Origin: Azolla caroliniana
Lineage: Eukaryota; Plantae; Polypodiophyta
NCBI GenBank assembly: GCA_043228905.1
Contig: JBHGNT010000014.1
Location: 1,674,001-1,738,000 of the forward strand
Reading direction: 5' to 3'
Length of the DNA: 64,000 nucleotides
Shown: positions 24,159-35,264 of the stretch, in pieces
Position numbering within the stretch: the stretch's first letter is position 1
Layout of the letters: the number at the start of each line of letters is the position of its first letter
The notes under the pieces: generated by a model
What the model saw: only the letters and a program-made list of their open reading frames with translations
What the model was told of the DNA's origin: nothing
Database searches by the model: none
Made by a program: the position numbers and the translations under genes

Positions 24159-26207
24159 CTATGCAAACTCAGCAAGATGTAAAATTTTACTCCAATCATC
24201 TTGTTGATAACTAATGAAACATCGAAGATATTGCTCGAGCGTTTGATTTGTGCGCTCTGTTTGTCCGTCAGTTTGTGGATGATAAGCCGAAGAGAGTTTG
24301 CAAGAGATTTTGAGGCCTGCCCATAGGTGCTTCCAAAAGTGTGAGATAAATTGAGGACCTCGATCGCTAATAATATCATTCGGGAGACCATGATGGCGAA
24401 ACACTTCACGCATAATGAGATTTGCAGTTTCTTCACTATTGATGGTCTTTACACATGGTACAAAATGTGCCATCTTGGTGAACCGATCCACTACTGTTAA
24501 AATAGTATCAAAGCCTTTGGAAGGTGGCAGATCCGTAATGAAATCCATAGAAATAGACTGCCATGGCTTGTTGGGAGGGGGTAATGGTTGTAGTAAGCCA
24601 TAAGGGTGATGCCGGGGTATTTTGGCACGACAGCAGGTGTCACAAGTGCGAACATAATCTTCGACAAAATTTTGCAAGTGAGGCCACCAAAACGAACGTT
24701 TCACCAGCTCAATGGTCTTGGAAATACCAAAATGTCCAGCCATGGGGGCATCAGGACAATGTTCCAACACTTGAAGTCGGGGTGATCCGTCGGGGACGTA
24801 AAGGAGATTCTTGTAGAAGAGTAAACCATCTTGCCACTTGAAGTCCTTATAATGTTGAGATGACCCTGGCAATGTGGAGCAAGATGGACGACTTGAACCA
24901 CAGTGGGCTAAGACATCCTTAGCTAAATCATCCGAATGAAGTTGTTGCCGAATAGTGTCAAGAAGGGTAGAATCAAGTGGTGTGGCATAAATTGTTGTTA
25001 CCTGTAGCTTTGATGGCCCGAGGAGAGTTTGCTTTTGATTGTCAAAGGCCGGATCTCTAGGTCGAAGTGCTAGATACGAACGCCGAGACAGAGCATCTGC
25101 TTTCCCTTGTTGTTTTCCGGGGCGAAAAATGATCTTGAAATCGAAACGCGTTAGAAATTGGGCCCACCGAGCTTGTCGTCTATTTAATACTCGAGCTGTT
25201 TGAAAATATGTGAGATTTTTGTGATCACTATAAATGATAATCTGATGAGGTGATCCTTCTAGAAAATGACGCCATTGCTCGAATGAGTCGACCACAGCTA
25301 GTAACTCCTTGTCATGCACCTCATAGTTTATCTCCGAAACAGTAAACTTTCTCGAGTGAAACGCGACTGGATGTATCTGCCCGTCCTCGCCTGGTTGCGA
25401 TAGGATACTCCCCAATGCAAAGTCTGATGCATCTGCCTCAATAGTAAATGGCTTTTCAGGATCAATATGTGCCAGGATGGGTGCTGATGTGAATGCCTCT
25501 TTTAGCTGCGTAAAAGCCTTGTCCGCTTCGATACTCCAAAAAAATGCTTGATTTTTCTTGGTGAGTTGAGTAAGGGGCAACACAATGCTTGAATAATTAT
25601 GTATGAATTTGCGATAGAAGTTCGCAAATCCGAGGAAACATTGCACATCCCGAACTGAGCATGGGGGTTTCCATTCCAATATTGTTTGGACTTTTGCCGG
25701 GTCCATGAAAACACCCTGGGATGAAATAGTGTATCCCAAAAATTCGACTTGTTTGCAATCAAAACTGCATTTCTCAAGTTTGGCGTAAAGACCATACTTC
25801 CTTAGGTGTTCAAGTACTTGCCGCACATGTATATCATGCTCCCCCTTTGTTTTAGAGTAAATCAATAGATCATCTAGGTAGATGATTAGAAAAATATCCA
25901 AGAAATCCCGGAAGATGTCATTTGCCATATGTTGGAATATGGCAGGTGCATTTGTGAGCCCGAAAGGCATGATTGTATACTCGAAATGACCATACCGAGT
26001 ACGAAATGATGTTTTCCACTCATCTCCTAGCCGAATTCGAACAAGATTATATGCACCCCTTAGATTAATTTTGGTAAAATGCTTTGCCCCACCAATGCGT
26101 TCTAAGAGATTGGAGATTAAAGGTAAAGCATACCTATTCCTTATGGTGACTTTATTTAAGCCTCGATAGTCCACGACCAAACGAAGGGAGCCGTCCTTTT
26201 TCTTCAC
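24159..26207 (-). CDS. RT-RNase H-integrase of H
   Basis: YLDDLLIYS, DASDFALG, ISMDFI, SDRGPQF, QTERTN. Confidence 0.95.
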   Translation of the reverse strand: MKKKDGSLRLVVDYRGLNKVTIRNRYALPLISNLLERIGGAKHFTKINLRGAYNLVRIRLGDEWKTSFRTRYGHFEYTIMPFGLTNAPAIFQHMANDIFRDFLDIFLIIYLDDLLIYSKTKGEHDIHVRQVLEHLRKYGLYAKLEKCSFDCKQVEFLGYTISSQGVFMDPAKVQTILEWKPPCSVRDVQCFLGFANFYRKFIHNYSSIVLPLTQLTKKNQAFFWSIEADKAFTQLKEAFTSAPILAHIDPEKPFTIEADASDFALGSILSQPGEDGQIHPVAFHSRKFTVSEINYEVHDKELLAVVDSFEQWRHFLEGSPHQIIIYSDHKNLTYFQTARVLNRRQARWAQFLTRFDFKIIFRPGKQQGKADALSRRSYLALRPRDPAFDNQKQTLLGPSKLQVTTIYATPLDSTLLDTIRQQLHSDDLAKDVLAHCGSSRPSCSTLPGSSQHYKDFKWQDGLLFYKNLLYVPDGSPRLQVLEHCPDAPMAGHFGISKTIELVKRSFWWPHLQNFVEDYVRTCDTCCRAKIPRHHPYGLLQPLPPPNKPWQSISMDFITDLPPSKGFDTILTVVDRFTKMAHFVPCVKTINSEETANLIMREVFRHHGLPNDIISDRGPQFISHFWKHLWAGLKISCKLSSAYHPQTDGQTERTNQTLEQYLRCFISYQQDDWSKILHLAEFA

Positions 26208-26227
26208 AAAAAAGATAGGAGCACCAG

Positions 26228-27067
26228 CTAGAGACTTTGAATGTCGAATAAACCCATGTGCAAGATTTTCCTCGATGTATTCTTGAAGAACCTCAAGTCA
26301 GTGGCTGATAAATTGTAAATCGGACCCCACGGAGGCTCTTTTCCTGGTTGGAGATCAATAGGACAGTCGTATGGCCGATGATTTGGAAGAACACTAGCTT
26401 TGACTTTGTCGAAAACATCAGCATAGTCTTGATATTTTTTGGGAATTTGGATGTCTGAATTCCCTTGAGTGACACTAGAAGGTGTCACTGATACTGCAAA
26501 TAAGAAAAGGTCCTCCTTGCCTCCCACTTGGTGCAATTGTTGCAATGTGATGGCTGAAATTTGATGAGAAGGATATGGTGCATCGGTAGAACTATATACT
26601 TTGGGAGGATAATCCCGAGTTCGATCCTTGACAATGATATTTTCTGCTAAAGGGCACCTAATTTCTCGCTTCCTCCAATCGATTCTAGGGTTATGTAGCT
26701 CGAACCATGGCAAACCGAGGACAATTGGATGCTTAGGACTACGGATTATGTTAAAGGAAACTACACATCCTAAATCACCCAAGAGTATGTGTATTGGCTC
26801 AGACTCTTCAAATATCTTCCTGGAAGCTATGGGGCGTCCATCAATCACTACTACGGAAACCGGACAAGGAAGTGTATGCAAGGATATTTGGTGTTTTTGG
26901 GCAAAATCTCTATCCATGAAACAAGAATTGGCTCCAGTATCTAAGAGGGCTTGGACTTGAAGTTGACAACTGGGTGTCCTAACTTGTACTAGGGCTGAGA
27001 AGACTCTACTAACATGCTTGGAAGAAATGGAACCCACACTAGGTTGTACATATCTAGGGTTGTCCAA
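26228..27067 (-). CDS. Aspartic protease region of H
   Basis: ALLDTGANSCF, IVLGLPW; in the -1 frame relative to the gag end. Confidence 0.88.
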   Translation of the reverse strand: MDNPRYVQPSVGSISSKHVSRVFSALVQVRTPSCQLQVQALLDTGANSCFMDRDFAQKHQISLHTLPCPVSVVVIDGRPIASRKIFEESEPIHILLGDLGCVVSFNIIRSPKHPIVLGLPWFELHNPRIDWRKREIRCPLAENIIVKDRTRDYPPKVYSSTDAPYPSHQISAITLQQLHQVGGKEDLFLFAVSVTPSSVTQGNSDIQIPKKYQDYADVFDKVKASVLPNHRPYDCPIDLQPGKEPPWGPIYNLSATDLRFFKNTSRKILHMGLFDIQSL

Positions 27068-27093
27068 CCAAATGGCTCCTATTTTGGCCGGAC

Positions 27094-28256
27094 TTATTCG
27101 TTTGACTCCTCTTCTAATTGGCTTAGGACTTCAAATTTATTGGACAAGGGTGGATTATTCATAATATTAGATTCACTAACTACTTCTAAAATGTTGGACT
27201 CATTTTTATTGTCATAGTGAATTTGATTTACCTGACGTCTCGGCCTACGGGAGCAATGAATGGCAAATGTCCTGGACCTCCACAATATAAGCACAGATGG
27301 TTTGTTCGACGACGTTGCTTCTCTTCGTCTGACAACGGTCCTCGTCGTTGAGTCATATCGATCTCCATGGGTGTAGGACTATCCATTGGGACTGGACTAT
27401 GTGTTTGCCTTGGAGTTGGAGCAGGGCTATACATTTGCCTTGGGGATGATTGCGCCGTTACTGATGCATAAGTTGGTGTGAATCTAGATCTTGTTATTTG
27501 TTGTTGTCGCTCACATCGACGCTCAAAAAGGCGATTATCACACCGTATTGCTCGACTAATAGCTTCTGTAAGTGACCTTGGATCCTCGGGGAAGGTAAGA
27601 AGTAAGTCTTTGACATCACTACGAAGGCCTGAACGGAATTGCTCCATTAGGGCTTGTTCATCCCAAGGAATATCGCTTGCGATGAGACGGAAATTGGTAG
27701 CATATGTTGAAGCTGGTTGATCACCTTGACGAAGTGTACGAATCTTGTTGATAGCTGTTCTCGCCCCATTAGTATCTTCGAAACAAGCCTTAAATTCCTC
27801 GATAAATTCCTCGAAATTATTCAGTAGAGGAGAATTGGTCTCTAGCAATGGAGCAAACCACGACAACGCTATGCCAATCAATAAAGTGCCCACTAGCCCG
27901 ACTCGTGATGCATCTGTTGGATAACGTGCGGGATGCATTTGAATCACCAACCGTACTTGATTCAAAAAACCTCGGAAATGCGCCCTCAACCCATCAAATT
28001 TAGCTGGGAGGCTAATTTTGGGCTCCTTGATAAGTCCCTGACCTTCAACCCTTTGTTGTTGTAACACGACGATTGTCGACTCTAACTGTTGCACTCGTCG
28101 CGTGAACTCCTCTTGTTGTTGTTGCTTCTCTATAGTAACCTTTTGTAGATCCCCAAGTAGACGTTGATTCTCTACTTCAAGAGATGCGAACTTGGATTTA
28201 AGGTTCTCCATTTCTGCAACAAGGGTGAGATATTCTTCTGAGTTAATGGCAGCCAT
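27094..28256 (-). pseudogene. Gag of H (1-nt frameshift in the knuckle)
   Basis: EPKISLPAKFDG, LRQG, PMEID and CLYCGGPGH; the C-terminus continues in the 27094-27294 frame. Confidence 0.9.
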
Positions 28257-28308
28257 GGTTTCAGGATGGTTACAAAGGAGGATAAGAGAGAGAGAGAGAG
28301 AGAGAGAG

Positions 28309-28320
28309 AATTCGAATCAA
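28309..28320 (-). promoter_or_regulatory. Self-priming PBS of H
   Basis: TTGATTCGAATT 2 nt after the LTR is complementary to AATTCGAATCAA (28452-28441), 32 nt downstream of the TATA start. Confidence 0.85.
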
Positions 28321-28509
28321 ACTGTCAGAACCAAGGATAAAAGATAGAGTGATGGAAGAAGGATAAAGAAGAATGGATGTATAAGATAGAGAAAGAAAGA
28401 GAATGGATACAAGATATGTAATGAGAGCTAAAAACTGGTGTTGATTCGAATTGATTTGAGAATACATGTATGCGCTTATTTATAGGTTCCTATAGAATAG
28501 CTTAGAGAT

Positions 28510-28573
28510 TTCTAGAATGTTCTAGAATGTTCTAGACCTAGAATGCTCTAGGACATTCTAGAACATTCTAGAA
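28510..28573. promoter_or_regulatory. Heat-shock-element array in H U3 (copy at 23496-23559)
   Basis: TTCtaGAAtgTTCtaGAAtgTTC and TTCtaGAAcaTTCtaGAA, starting about 26 bp upstream of minus-strand TATAAAT (28478-28484). Confidence 0.75.
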
Positions 28574-30508
28574 TAATCTAGAGTTTTTACAATAATCAAT
28601 GTAATACAAGAAGTAGCTTTTATTGTTTCATATAACAATAAGCTATCTTAATGGTTGAGGGTTTCAAGTATGAATTACAAGGTTCGAGGTTCAAGTCCGG
28701 GTGATGCCATAATGGTCATGTGTTCATGACAGTGTATGCTTATTCTCTGTATTAAACTTCCACTAAACCTTATTCTCCTCACTGTTACTATCCAGCAGAG
28801 CCGATTTGGCATACACTTCCGCACACTAACTTTCACATGGTATCAGAGCGCGAGGGTTGAGAACCGCTGACGAGTGACTAGTGAAGACAAACCCTAACAC
28901 CCGGCGAAGAACAGAAGAGAACCTAAGATGGATAGAGGAATGGCAAGTTCACTTCCGACAAAAAACCTCGATTGGAGCAACTATGCATCCTGGTCATATA
29001 AAATGCACCAGTACCTGATGGGGCATGGATATTGGAGCTATGTGGAAGGAACCAAAGAGGTAGCACCAAAGCCGGTACACAAAGACTTCCCGGCATGGGA
29101 GCAAGGAGCGAGCCGAGTATTGTACTACCTCACGTCCGGTGTGCACGATCAGATGCTCGGCTACATCAAGGATGCAAAAACGCCAAAGGAGGCCTGGGAA
29201 AATCTTCGGAAGATTTTTGCCACGAGTACCACAACCCGTAAGTTGCAGCTCCAATAGGGGCTGAACAACATTCGGCAAAGAGATATGTTAGTTACAGACT
29301 ACACCACTAAGATTAAGGAGATTTGTGACACGCTCGGGTCCATCAATGTGACGGTGGACGAAGACGAGATAGTCCAGATCTGTGACGGTCGGGTCCATCA
29401 ATGTGAAGGTGGACGAAGATGAGATCTATCTCGGTGGTCTAGCACAACGGTACGGTCGGCAATTTGCACCCGGGAGAAACCACCGTCCTTCTTCGACTTA
29501 CAATCAATGTTGATGGTCGAAGTAAACCACGCGAGTGGGTCGAGGACCACTCAATCGGACAACCAGATACTGTACACGGAGGCAGATCGGCCCTATGGGC
29601 GTGGAGGATGAGGTGGGTCGGCACGCAATGGAGGCGGCCGGCAAGAGCAAAACCGAAGGCACAGAGACAATGCCGACAACAGTTCCGAACCCACCACAAG
29701 CAGGGGGAGTCAAGTTGGAGTCGGAAACCAGTAGTTGAAAACCGACACGGAATGTTGGTATTGTGGCAAGAAAGGCCACACTGAGAGTGAGTGTTGGAAG
29801 AAGCGCGCCGATTTGGATAAATCCGGATCCATCAAGTCCGGACAACGAAACCAGCAAAGCTCGCACTACGTAGAAGGATCGGAAGGATCCGGAACCGGGA
29901 AGACCGGAAAGGGGCCAGCCTTTGTGATGAAGGACAAGGCCAACTCGGTGAAGAAGAACACTTCCGGATTGGAGGAAGTGTGGTACGTTGATTCCGGAGC
30001 TTCTAGCCAAATGACGAGCCATGAATAGTGGTTCTCATTTTAGAGAAACCGGAACAACCGGGGATTGTCGAAACCGGAGACGACACCCCTCACCCAATTG
30101 TGCATGTTAGAGAAGTCCCTTTAAGACATGTCAGACAAAAAGGAAAGTTGATGAACGTATTACACGTTTCGACTATCACAAAGAACCTAGTATCAGTCGG
30201 ACAAATTGTCAACCAAGGAATGCAAGTGCGGTGTACGCACCTCAAGTGCTTCATCGAGGAAGAAGGCCGGATAATTGCGCAAGGGCGATGAGAAGGGAGG
30301 ATGTTCATCCTCAACATAAATGAGATTCATACCGCTAATTTTCCAAAGGAAAGCAGATTGAATGTGATATGGATCTCTAACATAAGTGGATCAGCCACGT
30401 TAACTACCGAGGCTTCAAGATCTGCAATCGAAACAAGTTGTGTTCGGATTGCGGAAGTTTATGTTAGGAAATAGGTCCCTCCGGATGGGTAGTGAGAAGA
30501 ACAGACTC

Positions 30509-30740
30509 GGTGAGAACCGGATGACGAGTACCCAGCTATGGAGAGCCGGATGGTGCAGACCCGGTGAGAACCTGATGACGAGTACCCGGCTACGGAGAGT
30601 CGGATGGTGCAGACCCGGTGAGAACCGGATGACGAGAACCCGGCTACGGAGAGACGGATGGTGCAAACCAGGTGAGAACCGGATGACGAGTACCTGGCTA
30701 CGGAGAGCCGGATGGTGCAGACCTGGTGAGAACCGGATGA
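30509..30740 (+). repeat. 54-bp tandem array in F U3 (also 35321-35602 and about 39805-39980 on minus)
   Basis: Unit GGTGAGAACCGGATGACGAGTACCCGGCTACGGAGAGCCGGATGGTGCAGACCC. Confidence 0.92.
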
Positions 30741-31217
30741 AGAGACATATTTGTAAATATGTTTCTAAGAGTCCATCGTGGCTATATTTGTAAATAGCCG
30801 AAAAGTCATATTAGTATAAATATGACTTAGGGCAAACTTATGATGTGGGTTGTTGTCATTCTTGTTGGCGCAAGACTAGAGCACGCAACTGTGTACAGAG
30901 AGAGTGAGAGAGAGGAAGAGGTTGTTGCCTCTTATTGTAACCGCCGCCTGTGGTGAAGATAGCAAGCTCGAGGTCGTGGCCTCGGTGCTTTCTTATTGTA
31001 CATTCTGACATAGTGATAGTTTGCGGTCTGTGGGCTGCGGTGGTTTTTCCCGAGTTTGGGTTTTCCATGTAAACATCATGTGTACTCTTCTCTCTATCGT
31101 GTTGTGTTCCATTCCTTGTTTTCTGTGTTTTATTCTAGGCTCTGTTGTGGCCGAGCGTTGTTCAAAGGGAGCGTGTAGTTCCTGTCAAATTGGTATCAGA
31201 GCAAAACGACACAGAAA

Positions 31218-34200
31218 ATGGACGACTCGTTGGGAGGCATGTTCAAGCTCACCAGCTCCAACTATTCGGTGTGGAAGTTGAAGCTGAGGGACATGCTCGT
31301 GGTTAAAGATCTTTGGTTGCCGGTTCAGTTTGGGGACAAGAGACCGGACAAAATCGACACCACGATATGGGAGGTGATGCACATGAAGACAACGGCTTAC
31401 ATACGGTGCTTCATCGACATGAGCCTATACAACAACTTCAATGAAGAGAGCAAGGCTCATGAGCTCTGGGAGAAAATCGGCATTATGTTTCAAAACAAAA
31501 ATGTTGTTAACTAGGTTTCGGTATTCGGGAAGCTAGTAAGACTCCGGTACCAAGATGGCTCCAGCATGGCAGAGCACATGAAGGCCTTCCAGGGGCTGAT
31601 ACACCAGGCAACATCATTGGAAGTACCTCTCGCCGATGAGGTACTAGCGCTACTCCTGCTCGGTTCCCTCCCGGATAGCTGGGAGACGTTGGTTGTCACT
31701 TTGGGCAACGCCGGGCCGGAAGGGAAACGGTTATCCCTAGCAAGAGTGAAGTCGAGCTTGCTACATGAGGAGGTGCGTCGGAAAGATAAGGATACGAGCT
31801 CCGACTCCAAAGCGCTCCTTACCGAATCGGAACGCGGAAGACAAAGGAACCGTAGCCCCCAGAACCGGGAAAAGTCGGGGACACGGTCAAAGTCAAGGGG
31901 GAGGCCTACTTGCTTCTATTGCGGCAAGCCAGGACACTTCCAGAAGAACTGTCGGCATTTCCGTAAAGACAAGGAAACCAACGGCACCAATTCGAAGCGA
32001 ACACCAGACCGGAACAGTAAAGACCGGAGGCGACCGGACCAAAAGGGAACGACGGCAATCGCGGCAAGTGAAGAAGAATTGATGCTCATCACCGAGGAGA
32101 GTGAGATAAACCATGCCGGCGACGAGATGACCTGGGTGGTCGACTCCGGAGCGTCGTTCCACCTTACCCCGGACCGGAAGTGCTTCTTCTCCTACTCAGC
32201 CGGTGATCACGGCTGTGTCCGGATGGGGAATGAAGGTACATGCCGAATTGTCGGCATAGGAGACGTATGGCTGACAACACCAACCGGATGCAAGCTGCTG
32301 GTGAAGGATGTCCGACACGTTCCGGAGGTTCGTCTGAACCTGATATCAGCCGGTCGGCTAGATAATGAAGGCTACACGGGTAGCATCCGGAACGGTGTTA
32401 TGAAGTTGAGTAAAGGGAGCCTGATTGTGGCTCGGGCCCGAAAGTTCAACACGTTATACCTGATGAATGCCCGGTTATGCTCGGAAGAAGTGAACGTGGC
32501 ATCCGACACTGCCGGTGAGCTGTGGCACAAGAGATTGTGCCACATGAGCGAGAAGGGGATGAAGAGGCTTGCAGACGACAACCTCATTCCAGTGAAGAAT
32601 GTGCACTTGGAGAAGTGCACTGATTGTCTGGCCGGTAAACAAAACCGAACCTCCTTCCGATCGAGACCACCGATGAGACATAATGCACCACTGGAGTTGG
32701 TGCATACTGATGTATGTCAAGTGGATACGAAGTCACATGCCGGATCGCAATACTTCGTGACGTTCATAGATGACCACAATCGGAAGCTATGGGCCACACC
32801 GTTGAAGACGAAGGATCGGGTGTTATCCGTCTTCAAAGAGCTCCACGCGAGAGTAGAAAGAGAAACCGGCCGGAAGCTGAAGGTGGTTCGAGCAGATAAC
32901 GGAGGTGAATACCGGGGGCAGTTCGAGGAGTACTGTCGCTCAAAGGGAATCCGGCTCGAATTTACTATGCCGAAGACGCCGGAACTAAATGGGTTGGCCG
33001 AGAGGATGAATCGGACCATAATGGAGAGGGTCCGGAGTATGCTGGCGCATGCAAAACTACCCAAGAAGTTTCGGGCTGAGGCACTCTCGACGGCGACATA
33101 TGTGATAAATAGATCACCCTCAGTACCCTTGGACGGAGACACGCCACAGAGAGTCTGGACCGGTAAGGAAGTGTCCTACCCACATCTGAAGGTATTCAGG
33201 TGTCTTGCGTACGTGCATGTAGCTAAGGACCGGAGAGGAAAGTTAGATCCAAAGACCCGGCCATGCATATTCCTCGGTTACGGCGACGATGAGTTTGGCT
33301 ACCGAGTGTGGGACCAGGTCGACAAGAAGGTATTCCGGAGTCGAGATATTATCTTCATGGAGGACAAGACGCTCGCCGACTGGGAGTCAGAGAAGAAGAT
33401 AATGAACTCCGAGTCGACCGGTAAGGATCGATTCTATGATGAACAGACCCAACCGGCAAGAGACCGGTTAGCACTCGAGGAACCAGCTGGTTACGGTGAG
33501 GATACCGAACCGGCAGAAGAAGAAGTAGAGGAAGCCAAAACCTGAACCGGCCAAGACCCCGAATGGGATTCGGATGAAGAGAAAATGGAGGAGCCGGTTA
33601 CCGAAGCCCAAAGACGGAGATATCCTCTCAGAGAGAGAAGGCCCCCCCGGAGATTTCCTGATGCAGAGCATGTGCTGCTAACCGATAAGGGGGAGCTAGA
33701 AAGCTTCGTAGAGGCGAAGGATGACACCCACAGCCGCAAATGGTTAAGTGCCATGCAGGATGAGATGGATTCCCTACATGAGAACCATACGTATGAATTG
33801 GTGGAGTTGCCGAAAGGAAAGCGGGCACTCCGAAATAAGTGGGTGTACAAGTTGAAACAGGGAGATGCCGACAACCCCCCGAGATACAAAGCCAGGATTG
33901 TGGTGAAGGCGTTCCAACAGAAGAAGGGCGTGGACTTCGACAAGATATTTGCCCCGGTAGTAAAGATGACCTCTATCTGGACGGTGCTGAGTATAGCGGA
34001 AAGCATGGACCTCCAGGTAGAGCAGCTGGACGTGAAGACGGCATTCCTTCACGGCGACCTCGAAGAGGAGATCTACATACAGCAACCGGAAGGATTCGTA
34101 GAGAAAGGGAAGGAGCACCTGGTTTGCCGGTTCAAGAAGAGCCTCTACGGGTTGAAGCAGGCCCCTCGGCAATGGTACCGGAAGTTCGACTCCTTCATGA

Positions 34201-35264
34201 CCGATCAAGGGTACCACAAGACGCAGGCCGATCAATGCGTGTTTGTGAAGAAATTTGAAGGAGGCGACTTCCTGATACTCCTTCTGTACGTGGACGACAT
34301 GTTGATCGTCGGACGGGACCAAGCCAAAATACGGATGTTGAAGAAGGCTCCCAACCGGACCTTCTCAATGAAAGACTTGGGTCCGGCAAGACAGATGCTG
34401 GGGATGCATATTATCCGAAACCGGTCAGTGAAGCAATTGTGGCTGTCACAGGAGAAGTACGTGATAAAGGTACTTCACTGGTTCAACATGACAGATGCGA
34501 AACCGGTCGGATCGACACTCCCGGCAAACTGCAGATTATCCGGTAAGCAAATCCCGAAGACGAAAGCAGAGAAGGCTGATATGATGAAGGTTCCATATGC
34601 CTCTGCCGTCGGGAGCTTGATGTACGCAATGGTGTGTACCCGACCGGATATAGGCTACGTAGTCGGAGTGGTTAGCCGGTTTATGAGCAATCCCGGCAAG
34701 GAGCACTGGAACGCGATCAAATGGATACTCCGGTACTTAAAGGGCACTTCGAATATGTGTCTTCGATTTGGCTCCGGAAAACCTCAACTTGACGGTTTTA
34801 CCGATTCGGACATGTCGGCTGATGTGGATACCAGCCGGTCTGCATCAGGGTATGTAATGACATATGCAGGGGGAGTTGTTTTGTGGCAGTCGAGGCTGTA
34901 GAAGACGGTTGCGTTGTCAACCATGGAGGCGGAGTACATGGTGACTGTGGAAGCCAGCAAGGAAATATTATGGATGAAGGACTTCATCGGAGAGCTCGGT
35001 ATCCGGCAAGATGAATACCGGCTCTATTGCGATAGTCAAAGTGCCATCCACCTTGCTAAGAATGCAGCCTACCATTCCTGGACGAAGCATATCCAGTGAA
35101 GGTATCACTGGATCCGGGAAAGAGTAGATGACCAGGAGTTCGCGCTGACAAAGATCCACACGGTCGAGAACGGGTCAGATATGTTGACCAAAGTACTGAT
35201 ACCCGACAAGTTGGATGCATGCCGGAAGCGGGTCGGACTAGTAAGACATCCCATGCCGGAGTGA
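31218..35264 (+). pseudogene. gag-pol of F (a few in-frame stops)
   Basis: CFYCGKPGHFQKNC, VVDSGASFH, RADNGGEY, LLYVDDMLI, YCDSQSAIHL. Confidence 0.94.

Larger units (their letters stand above)
23309..28731 (-). mobile_element. Element H: chromovirus Gypsy, Tcn1/Tf1-sushi type, young
   Basis: 409-bp LTRs at 23309-23717 and 28323-28731 (about 6 differences by eye); perfect TSD GTGTA; PPT GAAGGAGGGATAG. Confidence 0.96.

Noticed and set aside
28637-28709. Functional tRNA gene
   Set aside because: Acceptor and anticodon stems do not pair; kept only as box-like motifs.
30509-30740. Regular repeats resembling a CRISPR array, with repeat ORFs GENRMTSTRLRRAGWCRP
   Set aside because: Contiguous tandem units without unique spacers inside an LTR; the ORFs arise because 54 is a multiple of 3.
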